The translations under genes and the position numbers were made by a program. A stretch of DNA of 64,000 nucleotides, from the NCBI GenBank assembly GCA_965223665.1, contig OZ245011.1, forward strand, positions 3,520,001-3,584,000. The letters run 5' to 3'. A model generated the notes under the pieces. The model searched no databases. It had not been told where the DNA came from and saw only the letters and a program-made list of their open reading frames with translations. Origin of the DNA: Nitrospinaceae bacterium. GTDB lineage: Bacteria > Nitrospinota > Nitrospinia > Nitrospinales > Nitrospinaceae. Below are positions 38,659 to 48,925 of this stretch, piece after piece. How positions within the stretch are numbered: the stretch's first letter is position 1; each line of letters begins with the position of its first letter.

Positions 38659-40314
38659 TTATTTTATTTTCTTAATATTGGCCTTTTGGATCGGAGGAAT
38701 TTGCGGTCCTGCGGCGATTATTTCAGGACCCACACTTGGTTCATATTCCTTGAAGTTTTCAATAAATTGAGCAGCAAGTTCTTTTGCTTTTTCATCGTAG
38801 GCTTCAGGATTTTTCCAGGTTTTTCTTGGGTCCAATACATCCTCCGAAACATTTGGACAGGATGTGGGTACATTCAAACCAAAAATAGGATCTAATCTTG
38901 TTTCCGCTTTATTTAAGGTCCCATCGAGAATAGCGTTGATCATTGCACGAGTGTGACTAATTTTCATTCGATTTCCGACACCATAAGGACCGCCTGTCCA
39001 ACCTGTGTTTACCAGCCAACAGTTCACATTATGTTTGGCTATTTTTTCTCCCAATAAATTAGCGTAAACAGATGGATGCAATGCCATAAAAGGTGCACCA
39101 AAACAGGTACTAAAAATGGCAGAAGGTTCTCGACTCATTCCTCTTTCAGTCCCGGCAACTTTGGCAGTGTAACCTGATAAGAAATGGTACATGGCCTGCT
39201 CCGGACTAAGCTTTGATACTGGGGGCATAATCCCATAAGCATCACAAGTGAGCATGATAACGTTTTTTGGATGCCCACCGCGTCGCTCAGGAACGTAATT
39301 GCTAATATGTGTCAAAGGATAAGCAGCACGAGTATTTTCAGTGAGACTGGCATCATCTAAATCTAAACGCCGAGTGCTTCGATCAATGACCACGTTTTCC
39401 AGAACGGTCCCAAACCTTCGGGTGCACTGAAAGATTTCCGGTTCGGATTCTGGATTCAACTTAATGACTTTTGCGTAACAACCTCCTTCAAAATTAAAAA
39501 CTCCCTTGTCGCTCCAGCCATGTTCATCATCACCAATGAGTTTTCTTCTTGGGTCTGTAGATAGAGTTGTTTTTCCAGTTCCAGAGAGTCCAAAAAATAT
39601 AGCGGACTCGTCATTCTTCCCAATATTTGCGGAACAGTGCATAGAAAGCACTTGGTGTTTGCTGGGTAAAATGTAATTCAGTACGGAGAAAACAGATTTT
39701 TTAATTTCCCCAGCATACTTAGTCCCCCCGATTAAAACTAACTGTTTGCTGAAATCTACAATAATAAAGGTATCTGAATTGGTTCCATCAATCTGAGGAA
39801 CTGCTTTGAAGTTGGGCAGATTAATAATAGTGAAAGCAGGTGTATGGTTTTCAAGCTTTTCTCGGTCATTAATCTGAATGAACATATTTCGAGCAAATAA
39901 GCTATGCCAAGCAGTTTCAGTGATCACTCGTATATGCAGTTGATAATCCGGGTCGGCTCCTGCTAAACAATCTTGAACAAAAAGTCTTCTTCCTTGAAGA
40001 TATGCAAGAACACGAGCATATAGTGCATCGAATTTATCAACGGGGAAATCTTTATTCACTTTTCCCCACCAAATATTATCTTGGCTAGTCGGCTCTTTTA
40101 CAATGAATTTATCGTTAGGGGATCGACCCGTATGTTCCCCGGTAGTAACACACAAGGGACCAAGATGAGAGATAATTCCTTCCTGATTACGAATGCTGTG
40201 CTCGTAGAGTTCAGAGGTAGTCAGGTTCCAATAGATTTCTTTTACATTTTTAATTCCATGGTGTTCCAGACCCACTTTATGTTTCAAAACTCTTTTCTCA
40301 GGTTTCTCAGGCAT
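38659..40314 (-). CDS. pckA: Phosphoenolpyruvate carboxykinase (ATP)
   Basis: TGRSPNDK, YAGEIKK, FGLSGTGKTTLS, LIGDDEHGW, NFEGGCYAK. Confidence 0.98.
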   Translation of the reverse strand: MPEKPEKRVLKHKVGLEHHGIKNVKEIYWNLTTSELYEHSIRNQEGIISHLGPLCVTTGEHTGRSPNDKFIVKEPTSQDNIWWGKVNKDFPVDKFDALYARVLAYLQGRRLFVQDCLAGADPDYQLHIRVITETAWHSLFARNMFIQINDREKLENHTPAFTIINLPNFKAVPQIDGTNSDTFIIVDFSKQLVLIGGTKYAGEIKKSVFSVLNYILPSKHQVLSMHCSANIGKNDESAIFFGLSGTGKTTLSTDPRRKLIGDDEHGWSDKGVFNFEGGCYAKVIKLNPESEPEIFQCTRRFGTVLENVVIDRSTRRLDLDDASLTENTRAAYPLTHISNYVPERRGGHPKNVIMLTCDAYGIMPPVSKLSPEQAMYHFLSGYTAKVAGTERGMSREPSAIFSTCFGAPFMALHPSVYANLLGEKIAKHNVNCWLVNTGWTGGPYGVGNRMKISHTRAMINAILDGTLNKAETRLDPIFGLNVPTSCPNVSEDVLDPRKTWKNPEAYDEKAKELAAQFIENFKEYEPSVGPEIIAAGPQIPPIQKANIKKIK

Positions 40315-40578
40315 TCTTTAAACTCCGTTTTATAGGGGTTTGATTTTTAATTTAAAATTTACGAGGTATTCCTCTAAATTTTTGGAACTTTAACCAAAAT
40401 TTTGATTAAGCACCATGTTATCATATTAGTCGTTTATTTTGTACCGTTTGTACAGATTCGATCTCCTAATTAGGCTATTTTCCTGCAATTCAAAGTTTCT
40501 GCAAATCTAAAGAACTTTTGAATCCAATATAGGTTTATCAAGACGGCATTCTAATTATTCTAAAGAGAGTGAGTAAGG

Positions 40579-41505
40579 ATGGCAAAAACCTCTCAGTCTA
40601 CAATCCCCAATAATCCCCAAAATCTAAAAATACTTGCTCGCTCTAAAACATCTTTTAACGATATTTTAGTAATTCAGGAAAAGAATTTGCGGGCTCTATG
40701 GTTCAATGGTAACGATGGGGTATTTCTTCAAAGTCGGATTAATAAGGATAATCTATCGACCTTGGAATTGGTTTATTCACGAATGAGTTTAGCCGCACTT
40801 CTTTTTAATCCTTTTCCTCATAAAATATTAATTATTGGATTGGGTGCTGGTGTTTTCCCCAGGGCCTTGTCGCAGATATTTCCTGGAGCTCAAATTGATG
40901 TGGTGGAGATAGATAACAAGGTAGTCGATTTTGCAAAAAAATTTTTCTATTTTAAAGAATCTAAGAAATGCAAAGTATTTGTGGATGATGGTCGATGGTT
41001 TTTAAATAAAAATGAGGAGAAATACGACATAATTTTTTTGGATGCTTTTAAAAGTGGGTCAGTTCCTTTTCATTTAAAAACCCTACAGTTTTATCAAGAA
41101 ATAAAATCCGCTTTAACAGATCAAGGGGTTGTGGGTTCAAATCTTTATGGAAAAAGTAACTCTCTAAAATCCAGTGATGATAAAACTCTGAGAAAAGTAT
41201 TTCCGCAATTATATTATTTTCAAGACTCTGATCAAGTGGCAACGGTTTCCATAGCAACATTAGAAAAGGAAAGATTGTCCAAAGAGAAAATGAAACAGAA
41301 ATCCAAAGAAATATCTATTCCTCCAGATTTTAATTTTTCTTTTGATGAGGTGATAAATTTTTACCGTGATGGTTTAATTCCAACCGATGAGGGAAGAGTG
41401 TTTCAGGATGAATTTGGAAAAGAAGATTTGAGAAAAAAAATTGATGAAAATAACTTGAATGATAATTTACTGTCCAGAAAATATCCTATTAAGCCAGTCA
41501 GTTGA
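40579..41505 (+). CDS. Spermidine synthase-like class I SAM-dependent transferase
   Basis: IIGLGAG, DVVEID, DDGR.F, YDIIFLDAF, PFHL.T.QF. Confidence 0.8.
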   Translation: MAKTSQSTIPNNPQNLKILARSKTSFNDILVIQEKNLRALWFNGNDGVFLQSRINKDNLSTLELVYSRMSLAALLFNPFPHKILIIGLGAGVFPRALSQIFPGAQIDVVEIDNKVVDFAKKFFYFKESKKCKVFVDDGRWFLNKNEEKYDIIFLDAFKSGSVPFHLKTLQFYQEIKSALTDQGVVGSNLYGKSNSLKSSDDKTLRKVFPQLYYFQDSDQVATVSIATLEKERLSKEKMKQKSKEISIPPDFNFSFDEVINFYRDGLIPTDEGRVFQDEFGKEDLRKKIDENNLNDNLLSRKYPIKPVS

Positions 41506-41520
41506 AAAATTTTGGAAGAA

Positions 41521-44500
41521 TTAAGCAAGATTAAAAACCTGGAGGCGATGGTTGTCAAAGTCTGATACGACTAGCTGGTCCTGAAATATTGAAAGATTCC
41601 CAGTCCTAAGCATTTGCCCATTGCGTGTGCCTTGGTTTTGATAAATTTGTTGAGGCTCTAATTTTTCATTGTATTGAATCACGCGGCAATTCCATGCATC
41701 TGATACAAAAATTCCCCATTTAGGATCGTAGTTAATGAACAAGAACTCATCTAATGAGTAATTTCTCTGATCAGCCGAAAATAATATATTTCCCTTAGAA
41801 TCAAAAATTTTTAATCTATCCTCCGATTGATCCCCCACTACAAATTTCCCATTTGGTAAGCAGTAGATGGCCATAGGATTTTTAATTTTCAGCGTGGGAT
41901 TTTGGGAAGCATCAAGAGTTCTAATCCATTGACCAGTATTTTTGTAGACCACGATTCGATTATTGGAAAAGTCAGCAACCCAAACATCTCCCTCCGTATC
42001 AACTGAACAGGAATATACGGTCCCAAGAGAGTGTTCTGGAGAATTTCCCTGTCCAATAGAGTTTAAAAACTTTCCGTTCGAATCATATCTTTGTATTCGC
42101 TGGTTACCATGATCCACAACTAGAGCCGTATTGTCACTCCCTTGCGTAATTGAATATGGTTTGCTCAATGCACCTGGTCCATTTCCAAACCTTCCAAAAG
42201 AATTTAGAAATAACCCTGATTGAGAAAATTGAATTAATTCATGTTTCGCATGATCTGCAACCAAAAAATTGCCATTGTTAAAATGAGTAACTCCAAAAGG
42301 CAGTATTAACGAACCTGGAGAGTGTCCGAAAGATCCAAAAGAAAAGTTCCAATTCCATGGAACTGAATATTTATTTGTTGAGGTAGAGGATAGACTCTTT
42401 TTATCCAAGAAAGAATTAAATTTGTTAAATAAGTTAATAATGTTAGAGAGGCGAAAAATCATTTTTTCTGCCTGTAAATGACTCGTATTGGTTTCCATTA
42501 ATTCTTTCTGTAAGTTTTGCATTTCTCCGATTTGGTTTATATCATTTGATTGAGAAGCCTGGACAAATTTGCTATCTAGTTCAACTTTTTTGAGCCCGGT
42601 AGTTTTCCAAACTTGAGAATATTTTTTGAGCTTTTCAAGAAAAAATGATTTCTTTTTATTTAAATGATTGATCCAATCAGAGGATAATTTTTGATTAGGA
42701 TCCTCAGAAGTAAGTAGAGCGCATCCGGCTATTAACCCATTCAAGTTGTTTAGTTCGTTTACTTCTAGGGTATGGAACATGCGCAAAAGTATTTGAGCTT
42801 GAAAATCCAGGATGAGAATATTATTTCTTACTAAAATGGGTGTTTTGGAATCCCGAACATCTACCCGGAGAGCCTTTTCTTCTAAATCGGGCTTCTGTGC
42901 AATGATTTCTGTGTATTGGGGGAAAATGGATTCCATTTGCTCTTGAAAAGTATCCAAATTCCTAAGCATTTCTTCTAACTTAGATAAAAATTCATTTTTT
43001 TTATTTAATAAAGTTTTTGGGAAAAAGTTTTTTCCCCATTGAATTCCATTGTCAAGAGTTTGAATAGGCATTTCCCCATTTAGCTGGGAATACATGTACT
43101 TTTGTGGTTCTAATGATTCTGTATCGTAGGGTATGGGGACAAATTGAGATTCAGGTATCTCTTTTAAATTTATAGAAAATTCTTCTCTCCAATTTTTTAT
43201 CCATACATCGAGAAGGTTTCTATAATTGCCGCAAAGAAGCCTTTGTGTTTCTGGAATTTCTTGAGTACCTAAAATAATTCTGGGAATTAAAGTAGAGCTT
43301 TCGGATTCTAATAGTAAATTTTTTAACCATTCTCCTACAAAATTTTTATCACTGTAATTTTGGGCTATGGTAAAGATGTTTTTAGATGTAATTTGAAATT
43401 CAAAAAGGAAATATTTTATTACTTCACTAATTTTATAATTGAGTTCAGTGTGGGTATGGAAATCAATTAACTTTTGGTTGTCCTCATTAATATTTTGAAG
43501 AGAGTAGACTAGTTTTTCTTCATTGGTTTCTTTTTCTTTTAATAGATTTTTTATAAGAGCTCCTGTGACTCGAAAGTTGTTTCCTATTTCTTCTAAAATA
43601 TTTTTTATACTTGTGTCTGTTAGATCTAACTCAATGATTTGAAGATATACTCTATTAAATTTTTGAACCTGGTCTCGATAATTAAAAAATAATTCCCGTG
43701 ATTTGTAAAAAAGCTTTTTACTTTTGTTTTTTAAATCATGTAATTTTTCGTTATAGGACAAAGGGTCTAAACGATCCTCTAGGACCAATTTATTTTTTAA
43801 TTGTTCTTCTTGTACTAAGTTTAGAGTTAATTCCGAGACCTCATTTTTATAATCCAAAATCTTATCTCGTAAAGTATCTAAGGATGTATTCCATAGATTC
43901 TGTAACTCTGAATATAGCGTCTCATTTTCTCTAGCATTGCCCAAATTTGTGGTCAAATGGATTAGGTTCTCAGAATAAAGGTGTAGATCATTTATGCTTT
44001 TTGAACTATCTGCCAACTCAGGCCCATTTATGAGGGAAAGACATGTATTGCGAATTACTTCATAGGATTTTTGAGGATTTTGATTTTCAAGAAAGCATTG
44101 ACTCCATCCAAGTTGGAATTTTGGATTCTTGGGCTGAAGTAAGGCCAAACTTTGGTAAATTTCAGTAAGAGGTTTTGAAGAAATTTGAAATTTGAAAAGT
44201 GTTGTATTGAAAGTCAACCCTACTATTAGGTATCCATTAGAGTCAACTAATAAATTGCTTGGCATTTTTAGGGGAGTTTCTTTTTCGCCGTATTTAAAAG
44301 ATCTTACCCAATGGCCTTGTCGAGTAAAAACTTGAATACGATCATTGTTTTGGTCTGCAATATACAGTAACCCGCTCGGACAACAAACAATGCTCATTGG
44401 ATAAAGAAATTGACCTTCGCCCTGACCTTTTTCTCCAATAGTTAAAATATTACGCCACTCAGAATCAAATTTGAGGACTCGGTGATTGCTGCTATCGGTT

Positions 44501-45321
44501 ATGTAGTAGTTTCCTGAGGAGTCCTGAGCAATACTGGAAGGAAATTCCAATGTGGGTCTAGAAAAAATCTCTAAAGGAGTTTCGTATATAGTTGCTAATT
44601 GATGTTCTATGATGCTTCCACGTGAACCAAGCCATCCTAAAGAGGATCCATCGTTACGAAAAAATTGCACTCTATGGTTTGATCGTTCTACGATAATTAA
44701 TAAAGACTTAGCCTCATCAATTGCAATATCATAGGGTTCATTTAATTGACCCTTTTCTTCTCCGTACTTTCCAAAAGTGAATTGAAATTGTCCCTGTCTA
44801 TTAAATTTTTGGATCCGATGGTTCCAACTATCAGCAACATAAATATTTCCCTCACGATCAACTGCCACACCTTTGGGATATAAAAATTGTCCTTCTTGCT
44901 TCCCTTTATTACCAAAAGTTGTTTTCAAATTGTGTTGGGAATCATAAATTTGAACTCTGTGATTGAAGTCATCCACCACCACCAAGTCTCCTTCGGGAGT
45001 TTCTGCTATTCCCGAAGCAGGAGACAGAGACTCCTTAGGGTCTTGATCTCTAAAAGATTCCAGAGGTAGGATCGAAAAAATATTTTTAATCGCATCTAAC
45101 TTGGACTTGGCTGAAGATTTCTCTTCTTCATTTAAGTTTTGTAAAAGGTCATCTAGTTTTTTTATAAACTTTTGAGATTGAGGTCCCGTGATATTTTTAA
45201 GGTGTTCATCAAGGTTAGATTCAATGGTTTTAATAAAAGATTGGAAAGTTGAGGAAGAGCCAGGGGAAGGCATATTGACAAGGGTTTGAGATGAGTTTTC
45301 CGTATAAACTTGCTGTGTCAT
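41521..45321 (-). CDS. Large NHL-repeat protein (two beta-propellers flanking a helical region)
   Basis: Repeats such as GQFLYPKGVAVDREGNIYVADSWNHRIQKF near both ends. Confidence 0.85.
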   Translation of the reverse strand: MTQQVYTENSSQTLVNMPSPGSSSTFQSFIKTIESNLDEHLKNITGPQSQKFIKKLDDLLQNLNEEEKSSAKSKLDAIKNIFSILPLESFRDQDPKESLSPASGIAETPEGDLVVVDDFNHRVQIYDSQHNLKTTFGNKGKQEGQFLYPKGVAVDREGNIYVADSWNHRIQKFNRQGQFQFTFGKYGEEKGQLNEPYDIAIDEAKSLLIIVERSNHRVQFFRNDGSSLGWLGSRGSIIEHQLATIYETPLEIFSRPTLEFPSSIAQDSSGNYYITDSSNHRVLKFDSEWRNILTIGEKGQGEGQFLYPMSIVCCPSGLLYIADQNNDRIQVFTRQGHWVRSFKYGEKETPLKMPSNLLVDSNGYLIVGLTFNTTLFKFQISSKPLTEIYQSLALLQPKNPKFQLGWSQCFLENQNPQKSYEVIRNTCLSLINGPELADSSKSINDLHLYSENLIHLTTNLGNARENETLYSELQNLWNTSLDTLRDKILDYKNEVSELTLNLVQEEQLKNKLVLEDRLDPLSYNEKLHDLKNKSKKLFYKSRELFFNYRDQVQKFNRVYLQIIELDLTDTSIKNILEEIGNNFRVTGALIKNLLKEKETNEEKLVYSLQNINEDNQKLIDFHTHTELNYKISEVIKYFLFEFQITSKNIFTIAQNYSDKNFVGEWLKNLLLESESSTLIPRIILGTQEIPETQRLLCGNYRNLLDVWIKNWREEFSINLKEIPESQFVPIPYDTESLEPQKYMYSQLNGEMPIQTLDNGIQWGKNFFPKTLLNKKNEFLSKLEEMLRNLDTFQEQMESIFPQYTEIIAQKPDLEEKALRVDVRDSKTPILVRNNILILDFQAQILLRMFHTLEVNELNNLNGLIAGCALLTSEDPNQKLSSDWINHLNKKKSFFLEKLKKYSQVWKTTGLKKVELDSKFVQASQSNDINQIGEMQNLQKELMETNTSHLQAEKMIFRLSNIINLFNKFNSFLDKKSLSSTSTNKYSVPWNWNFSFGSFGHSPGSLILPFGVTHFNNGNFLVADHAKHELIQFSQSGLFLNSFGRFGNGPGALSKPYSITQGSDNTALVVDHGNQRIQRYDSNGKFLNSIGQGNSPEHSLGTVYSCSVDTEGDVWVADFSNNRIVVYKNTGQWIRTLDASQNPTLKIKNPMAIYCLPNGKFVVGDQSEDRLKIFDSKGNILFSADQRNYSLDEFLFINYDPKWGIFVSDAWNCRVIQYNEKLEPQQIYQNQGTRNGQMLRTGNLSIFQDQLVVSDFDNHRLQVFNLA

Positions 45322-45433
45322 TTAAACATAACCCTTTATTTAAAACAATTTAATATTAGAACTTATTTAATATAATCTGAACTAAGTTTTTCTCCTAAAT
45401 CTAAGGAGAAATTTAAATACACCTCTAAAGGTT

Positions 45434-45461
45434 GTATCGGATTTTAAAAATGAAATATTTA
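45434..45461 (-). promoter_or_regulatory. sigma28 (FliA)-like promoter
   Basis: TAAA-N16-TCCGATAC on minus strand upstream of NHL gene. Confidence 0.55.
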
Positions 45462-45542
45462 GAACTTACTAAAGAGCTTAAAATTTGAAATGTAATCTTC
45501 CATCATATATTTTGATGATAGACATTTTTAATAAACCAAACT

Positions 45543-47066
45543 TTAATTAGCAACTTCACTTTTTAATTTTACTGAAGATTGGGATGTTTTCTTTTGTAAT
45601 AGTTCTTCAGGTTTGACTATTCTTGTTAAGGATCGACTTTCTCGATAGGCTATTTCACAACCCAGGTAATTCATGTATTCGCACCAAGGAGAATAAACGA
45701 ATGCCCACAGGGGATTTCCTCCTTTTTTCTCAAAAATAAATTTTCGAAAAGATTCTGCGCGTCCCGGTAATTGTTTTCTAGAAGACAATATTGATTCTTT
45801 AGCATGATTCCGAAACATACGTTGAAATAACATTTGTTGGAATTTTAGAGTTCTTGAAAAGCATTCTTTGATACTGAGATTGTGTGAGTGGAAAACAGGA
45901 CTTAGGGGCTGGTAATATGTTTTATATCCTTTTTTCTGCATTCGATGGACCCATTCTTGGTCTTCTCCCCAATCTACGTTTTGGTCAAACGGGTTTTCTA
46001 AAAGAAGGCTTTTAGGTATGGCAGAATTGGCGTTCGAGAAAAAAAAGTCATTGTGTCTAACGATTGGTTCAGAGGAAAATGTGTCATTTAATAACTTTTT
46101 CTCGAACCAACTAGACCAATTGGGAATGGGGAGTTCTCGGCCGAAAACGCCGCATAGGTCAGAATTTTCTTTTAAGGGTTCGATTAAATTTTTTAACCAG
46201 CTATCACTTGCGGGGACAGCGTGAGCACTTAGATTTATGAGAATTTCTGATTGGGCTAATTGTGCGCCAAGGTTTAAAACTGCGGCGTAATGGAACGATT
46301 CTTTTGTTATCTGATAAATTCGAACTGGAAAAGTCTGAGCAATTTCTATGGTTTTATCTGTAGAAGTTGAGTCAATTATGATAATTTCTGGATGAACCTC
46401 ATTTTGCTTTAATATCTTTTCGAGAGTTTGACCAATAAATTTTTCTTCATTAAATGTTCTAATAATAATAGATACTTCTGGAGGGATATTGGAAGTTATT
46501 TGTTTGAGTTCTTTAGGCTCCAATAAATTCTCTTTATTCTGCTGAGTTTTCAGTTCTTTGGGTTTTAACCAAAAATAAAAAAGTGGGAAAAATAAATCCA
46601 AAATTTTCATTAGACCAGAGTAAACAAATTCCTCAATATGAAATCCTTGGAAAAATTTTTTCCAAGTTAACAACCGTTTAGAGCCTTCCTTAGGAAATTC
46701 CCAAACCGCTTCCTTGGCCATTATTTGAGAGAAAAACCTTAAACAAAAGTATCCTTCTCCATTTTTATTGTTGAGCGGTAAAAGAATAGTATTCGGTTTG
46801 AATCCTTTTAAAGATTTAAATAATTGCAGACCGGTTTTAACCGTAAAAGGGCCTGATCCCCAGGAAGTAAATTCATGGGCTTCGCCACTCTTTAAAGGAG
46901 AAGAATCTGAGCCTACCAATACCCAATGGGTAGCAGGGCTTTCATTTTTAAATGATTCTAGAGAATTTAAAATTTGAGTTTCTGGAGCTGTGCAAAAAAT
47001 AAATCCCCAGCTATGATTCTTTAAAAAATCAGGCCACTGAACTTGTTTTTGGTTCTTGGATTTCAT
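45543..47066 (-). CDS. GT2 glycosyltransferase (rhamnosyltransferase-like) with extra N-terminal domain
   Basis: VSIIIRTFNEE, IIDSTSTDKT, LSAHAVP, FSNANSAI, EDQEW, VFHSH. Confidence 0.88.
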   Translation of the reverse strand: MKSKNQKQVQWPDFLKNHSWGFIFCTAPETQILNSLESFKNESPATHWVLVGSDSSPLKSGEAHEFTSWGSGPFTVKTGLQLFKSLKGFKPNTILLPLNNKNGEGYFCLRFFSQIMAKEAVWEFPKEGSKRLLTWKKFFQGFHIEEFVYSGLMKILDLFFPLFYFWLKPKELKTQQNKENLLEPKELKQITSNIPPEVSIIIRTFNEEKFIGQTLEKILKQNEVHPEIIIIDSTSTDKTIEIAQTFPVRIYQITKESFHYAAVLNLGAQLAQSEILINLSAHAVPASDSWLKNLIEPLKENSDLCGVFGRELPIPNWSSWFEKKLLNDTFSSEPIVRHNDFFFSNANSAIPKSLLLENPFDQNVDWGEDQEWVHRMQKKGYKTYYQPLSPVFHSHNLSIKECFSRTLKFQQMLFQRMFRNHAKESILSSRKQLPGRAESFRKFIFEKKGGNPLWAFVYSPWCEYMNYLGCEIAYRESRSLTRIVKPEELLQKKTSQSSVKLKSEVAN

Positions 47067-48837
47067 TCTGAACTAGTTCCCAATATTGTTTGCGAGCTTC
47101 CAGGTGGTCAGGATTTAAATGCATGCAACTCTTAAAATGTTGAAGTGCCTGGGTAGAGTTTCCCTCTTTTAGATTAATCATTCCTAGTCTATAGTGGGCT
47201 CCGTGACCAAATTGAAGGGCGTCATCATAATCCATTGCGGTTTGATAAATATATTCAAAAAGTTCTCGAGCTTTCTTTAATTGGCCCATTTGCATGAATA
47301 CTTTCCCCATTACATATCTTGAACTTAATACATTAGGAAATTGATCAACAATTTTCTGCCCCTCCTCAAGAGTTTTTTCATATTCACCTGATTCATAAAG
47401 TTCATTTAAGCTTTTAAGCATCTGATCTATTAGAGGCTTATCTTTTTTAAGAATAGCTGTTTTTTCAGAAATGATAGACCGCTTAGGTCGCAAAGTTTCA
47501 TAGGGAGCAGCCTCTCGAAACTCTTTAGCCATGGTTTTTACGGATTCCATTATTTGATCGCTGCTGTAGTTTGGATAACTAACCGTGGTTCCAAAACTAC
47601 CATTGAAATCTTCTAGATCATTGGTCTGAATCCACCCATGGTCCAAGGCTTTTTTATAGAAAGTAGTTCCCGGATGTGGAACAGAAATTGAAACTTGCCA
47701 GCTAGAAATTAATTCTTCTGAGATTAGTTTTTTACCATAATCGATGGTTTTTCTGTCCCCTTCCTTGGTAGACCCAGAGGCTCCAATCATAAAAGTTCCA
47801 TAAATTTCGATTCCCATTTTTTTTGCTGCTTTTAATAATTCATGTAGTCTATCTGCTTTAGTCTTACGGCCAATACTTTGGCCAGTGGCCTCATCCACAG
47901 TTTCAATGCCAAGTCGCAATTTGTAATACCCTGCCTTTTTAAGCATCTCTAGAATTTCTTCATCAATTCTTTGATGATTGGCCATGGCCTCATAATGAAG
48001 ATCATTATTTCCCGACTCAATCAGCGCATTACAAAAAGCCATAATGTCTTTTTTGCGTATGATATGAGTTTCTTCGTTAAACCAACATCCCTCCATTTCC
48101 GGATATTTGCGTCGTAAATTTTCAATCTCTGCAACAATTCGTTCAGGTTTTCGAAATCTCCAATTTTCTTTTTCATAATAAACGGTACCTGCTACACAGA
48201 AGTCGCAGGTGTAAGGACACCCTCGTGAGGCGTGGACTTCAATCTCTCGGTATTTTGTCCAGCGATGGCCTCCACAATAGCTATAATCAATGCGCCGAAT
48301 ATCTTCGTCTTCTGGATCAGGCAACCAATCAATATCCAAAACCTTGCGATATGAATTAGGATAAACTCCTGAAATCGTTTTTGGGTCCTTTCCATTCAAA
48401 ATGTCGCAAACCGCTTCTTCAAATTCTCCGATAAGAGCGTAATCCATTCCATCGGCAAGAACTTCTTGAGGAAATGCAGTGGGATATTGACCTGTGATGA
48501 TAATTCTAGTCCCTAATTTATATTTTATAGCTTTGGCAATGCGCAAAGTTTCCTGATAAGTAACCGTATCGACTTCAAAAATAATCCAATCAGGCTTTTC
48601 CATTTCTAGATATTGAATATAGTCTTCAGCTGTAAACCTCAAGTAAGTTCCGTCGACCATTTTGACGTAATCATTTGGAAATTCGCGCTTTAAAAGAGTA
48701 CTTAAATAAGCTAATTCATACGGATAATATATAAAAACCGGGTAGTTTTTGAACATACTGGTCCACCGGCTTGGAAAGGGACAAACGTAACGATTTCCTG
48801 GGAAACGACCAGGAGGGTTGCAGACTAAAATACGCAT
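47029..48837 (-). CDS. B12-binding radical SAM enzyme (HpnJ/BchE-like) with C-terminal TPRs
   Basis: NPP, P..LAYL, GEFE, SRGCPYTCDFC, LGIET; TPR tail. Confidence 0.9.
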   Translation of the reverse strand: MRILVCNPPGRFPGNRYVCPFPSRWTSMFKNYPVFIYYPYELAYLSTLLKREFPNDYVKMVDGTYLRFTAEDYIQYLEMEKPDWIIFEVDTVTYQETLRIAKAIKYKLGTRIIITGQYPTAFPQEVLADGMDYALIGEFEEAVCDILNGKDPKTISGVYPNSYRKVLDIDWLPDPEDEDIRRIDYSYCGGHRWTKYREIEVHASRGCPYTCDFCVAGTVYYEKENWRFRKPERIVAEIENLRRKYPEMEGCWFNEETHIIRKKDIMAFCNALIESGNNDLHYEAMANHQRIDEEILEMLKKAGYYKLRLGIETVDEATGQSIGRKTKADRLHELLKAAKKMGIEIYGTFMIGASGSTKEGDRKTIDYGKKLISEELISSWQVSISVPHPGTTFYKKALDHGWIQTNDLEDFNGSFGTTVSYPNYSSDQIMESVKTMAKEFREAAPYETLRPKRSIISEKTAILKKDKPLIDQMLKSLNELYESGEYEKTLEEGQKIVDQFPNVLSSRYVMGKVFMQMGQLKKARELFEYIYQTAMDYDDALQFGHGAHYRLGMINLKEGNSTQALQHFKSCMHLNPDHLEARKQYWELVQNEIQEPKTSSVA

Positions 48838-48898
48838 TTTCAATCTCTTTCGTGGAATTTGACAATCAAATTTTAGAATAATATTTAGCTATTTAGTT

Positions 48899-48925
48899 TT
48901 ATCGGTTTTTCTGGTTAAACCTTGA
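48899..48925 (-). promoter_or_regulatory. sigma28 (FliA)-like promoter
   Basis: TCAA-N15-ACCGATAA on minus strand about 60 nt upstream of radical SAM gene. Confidence 0.6.
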
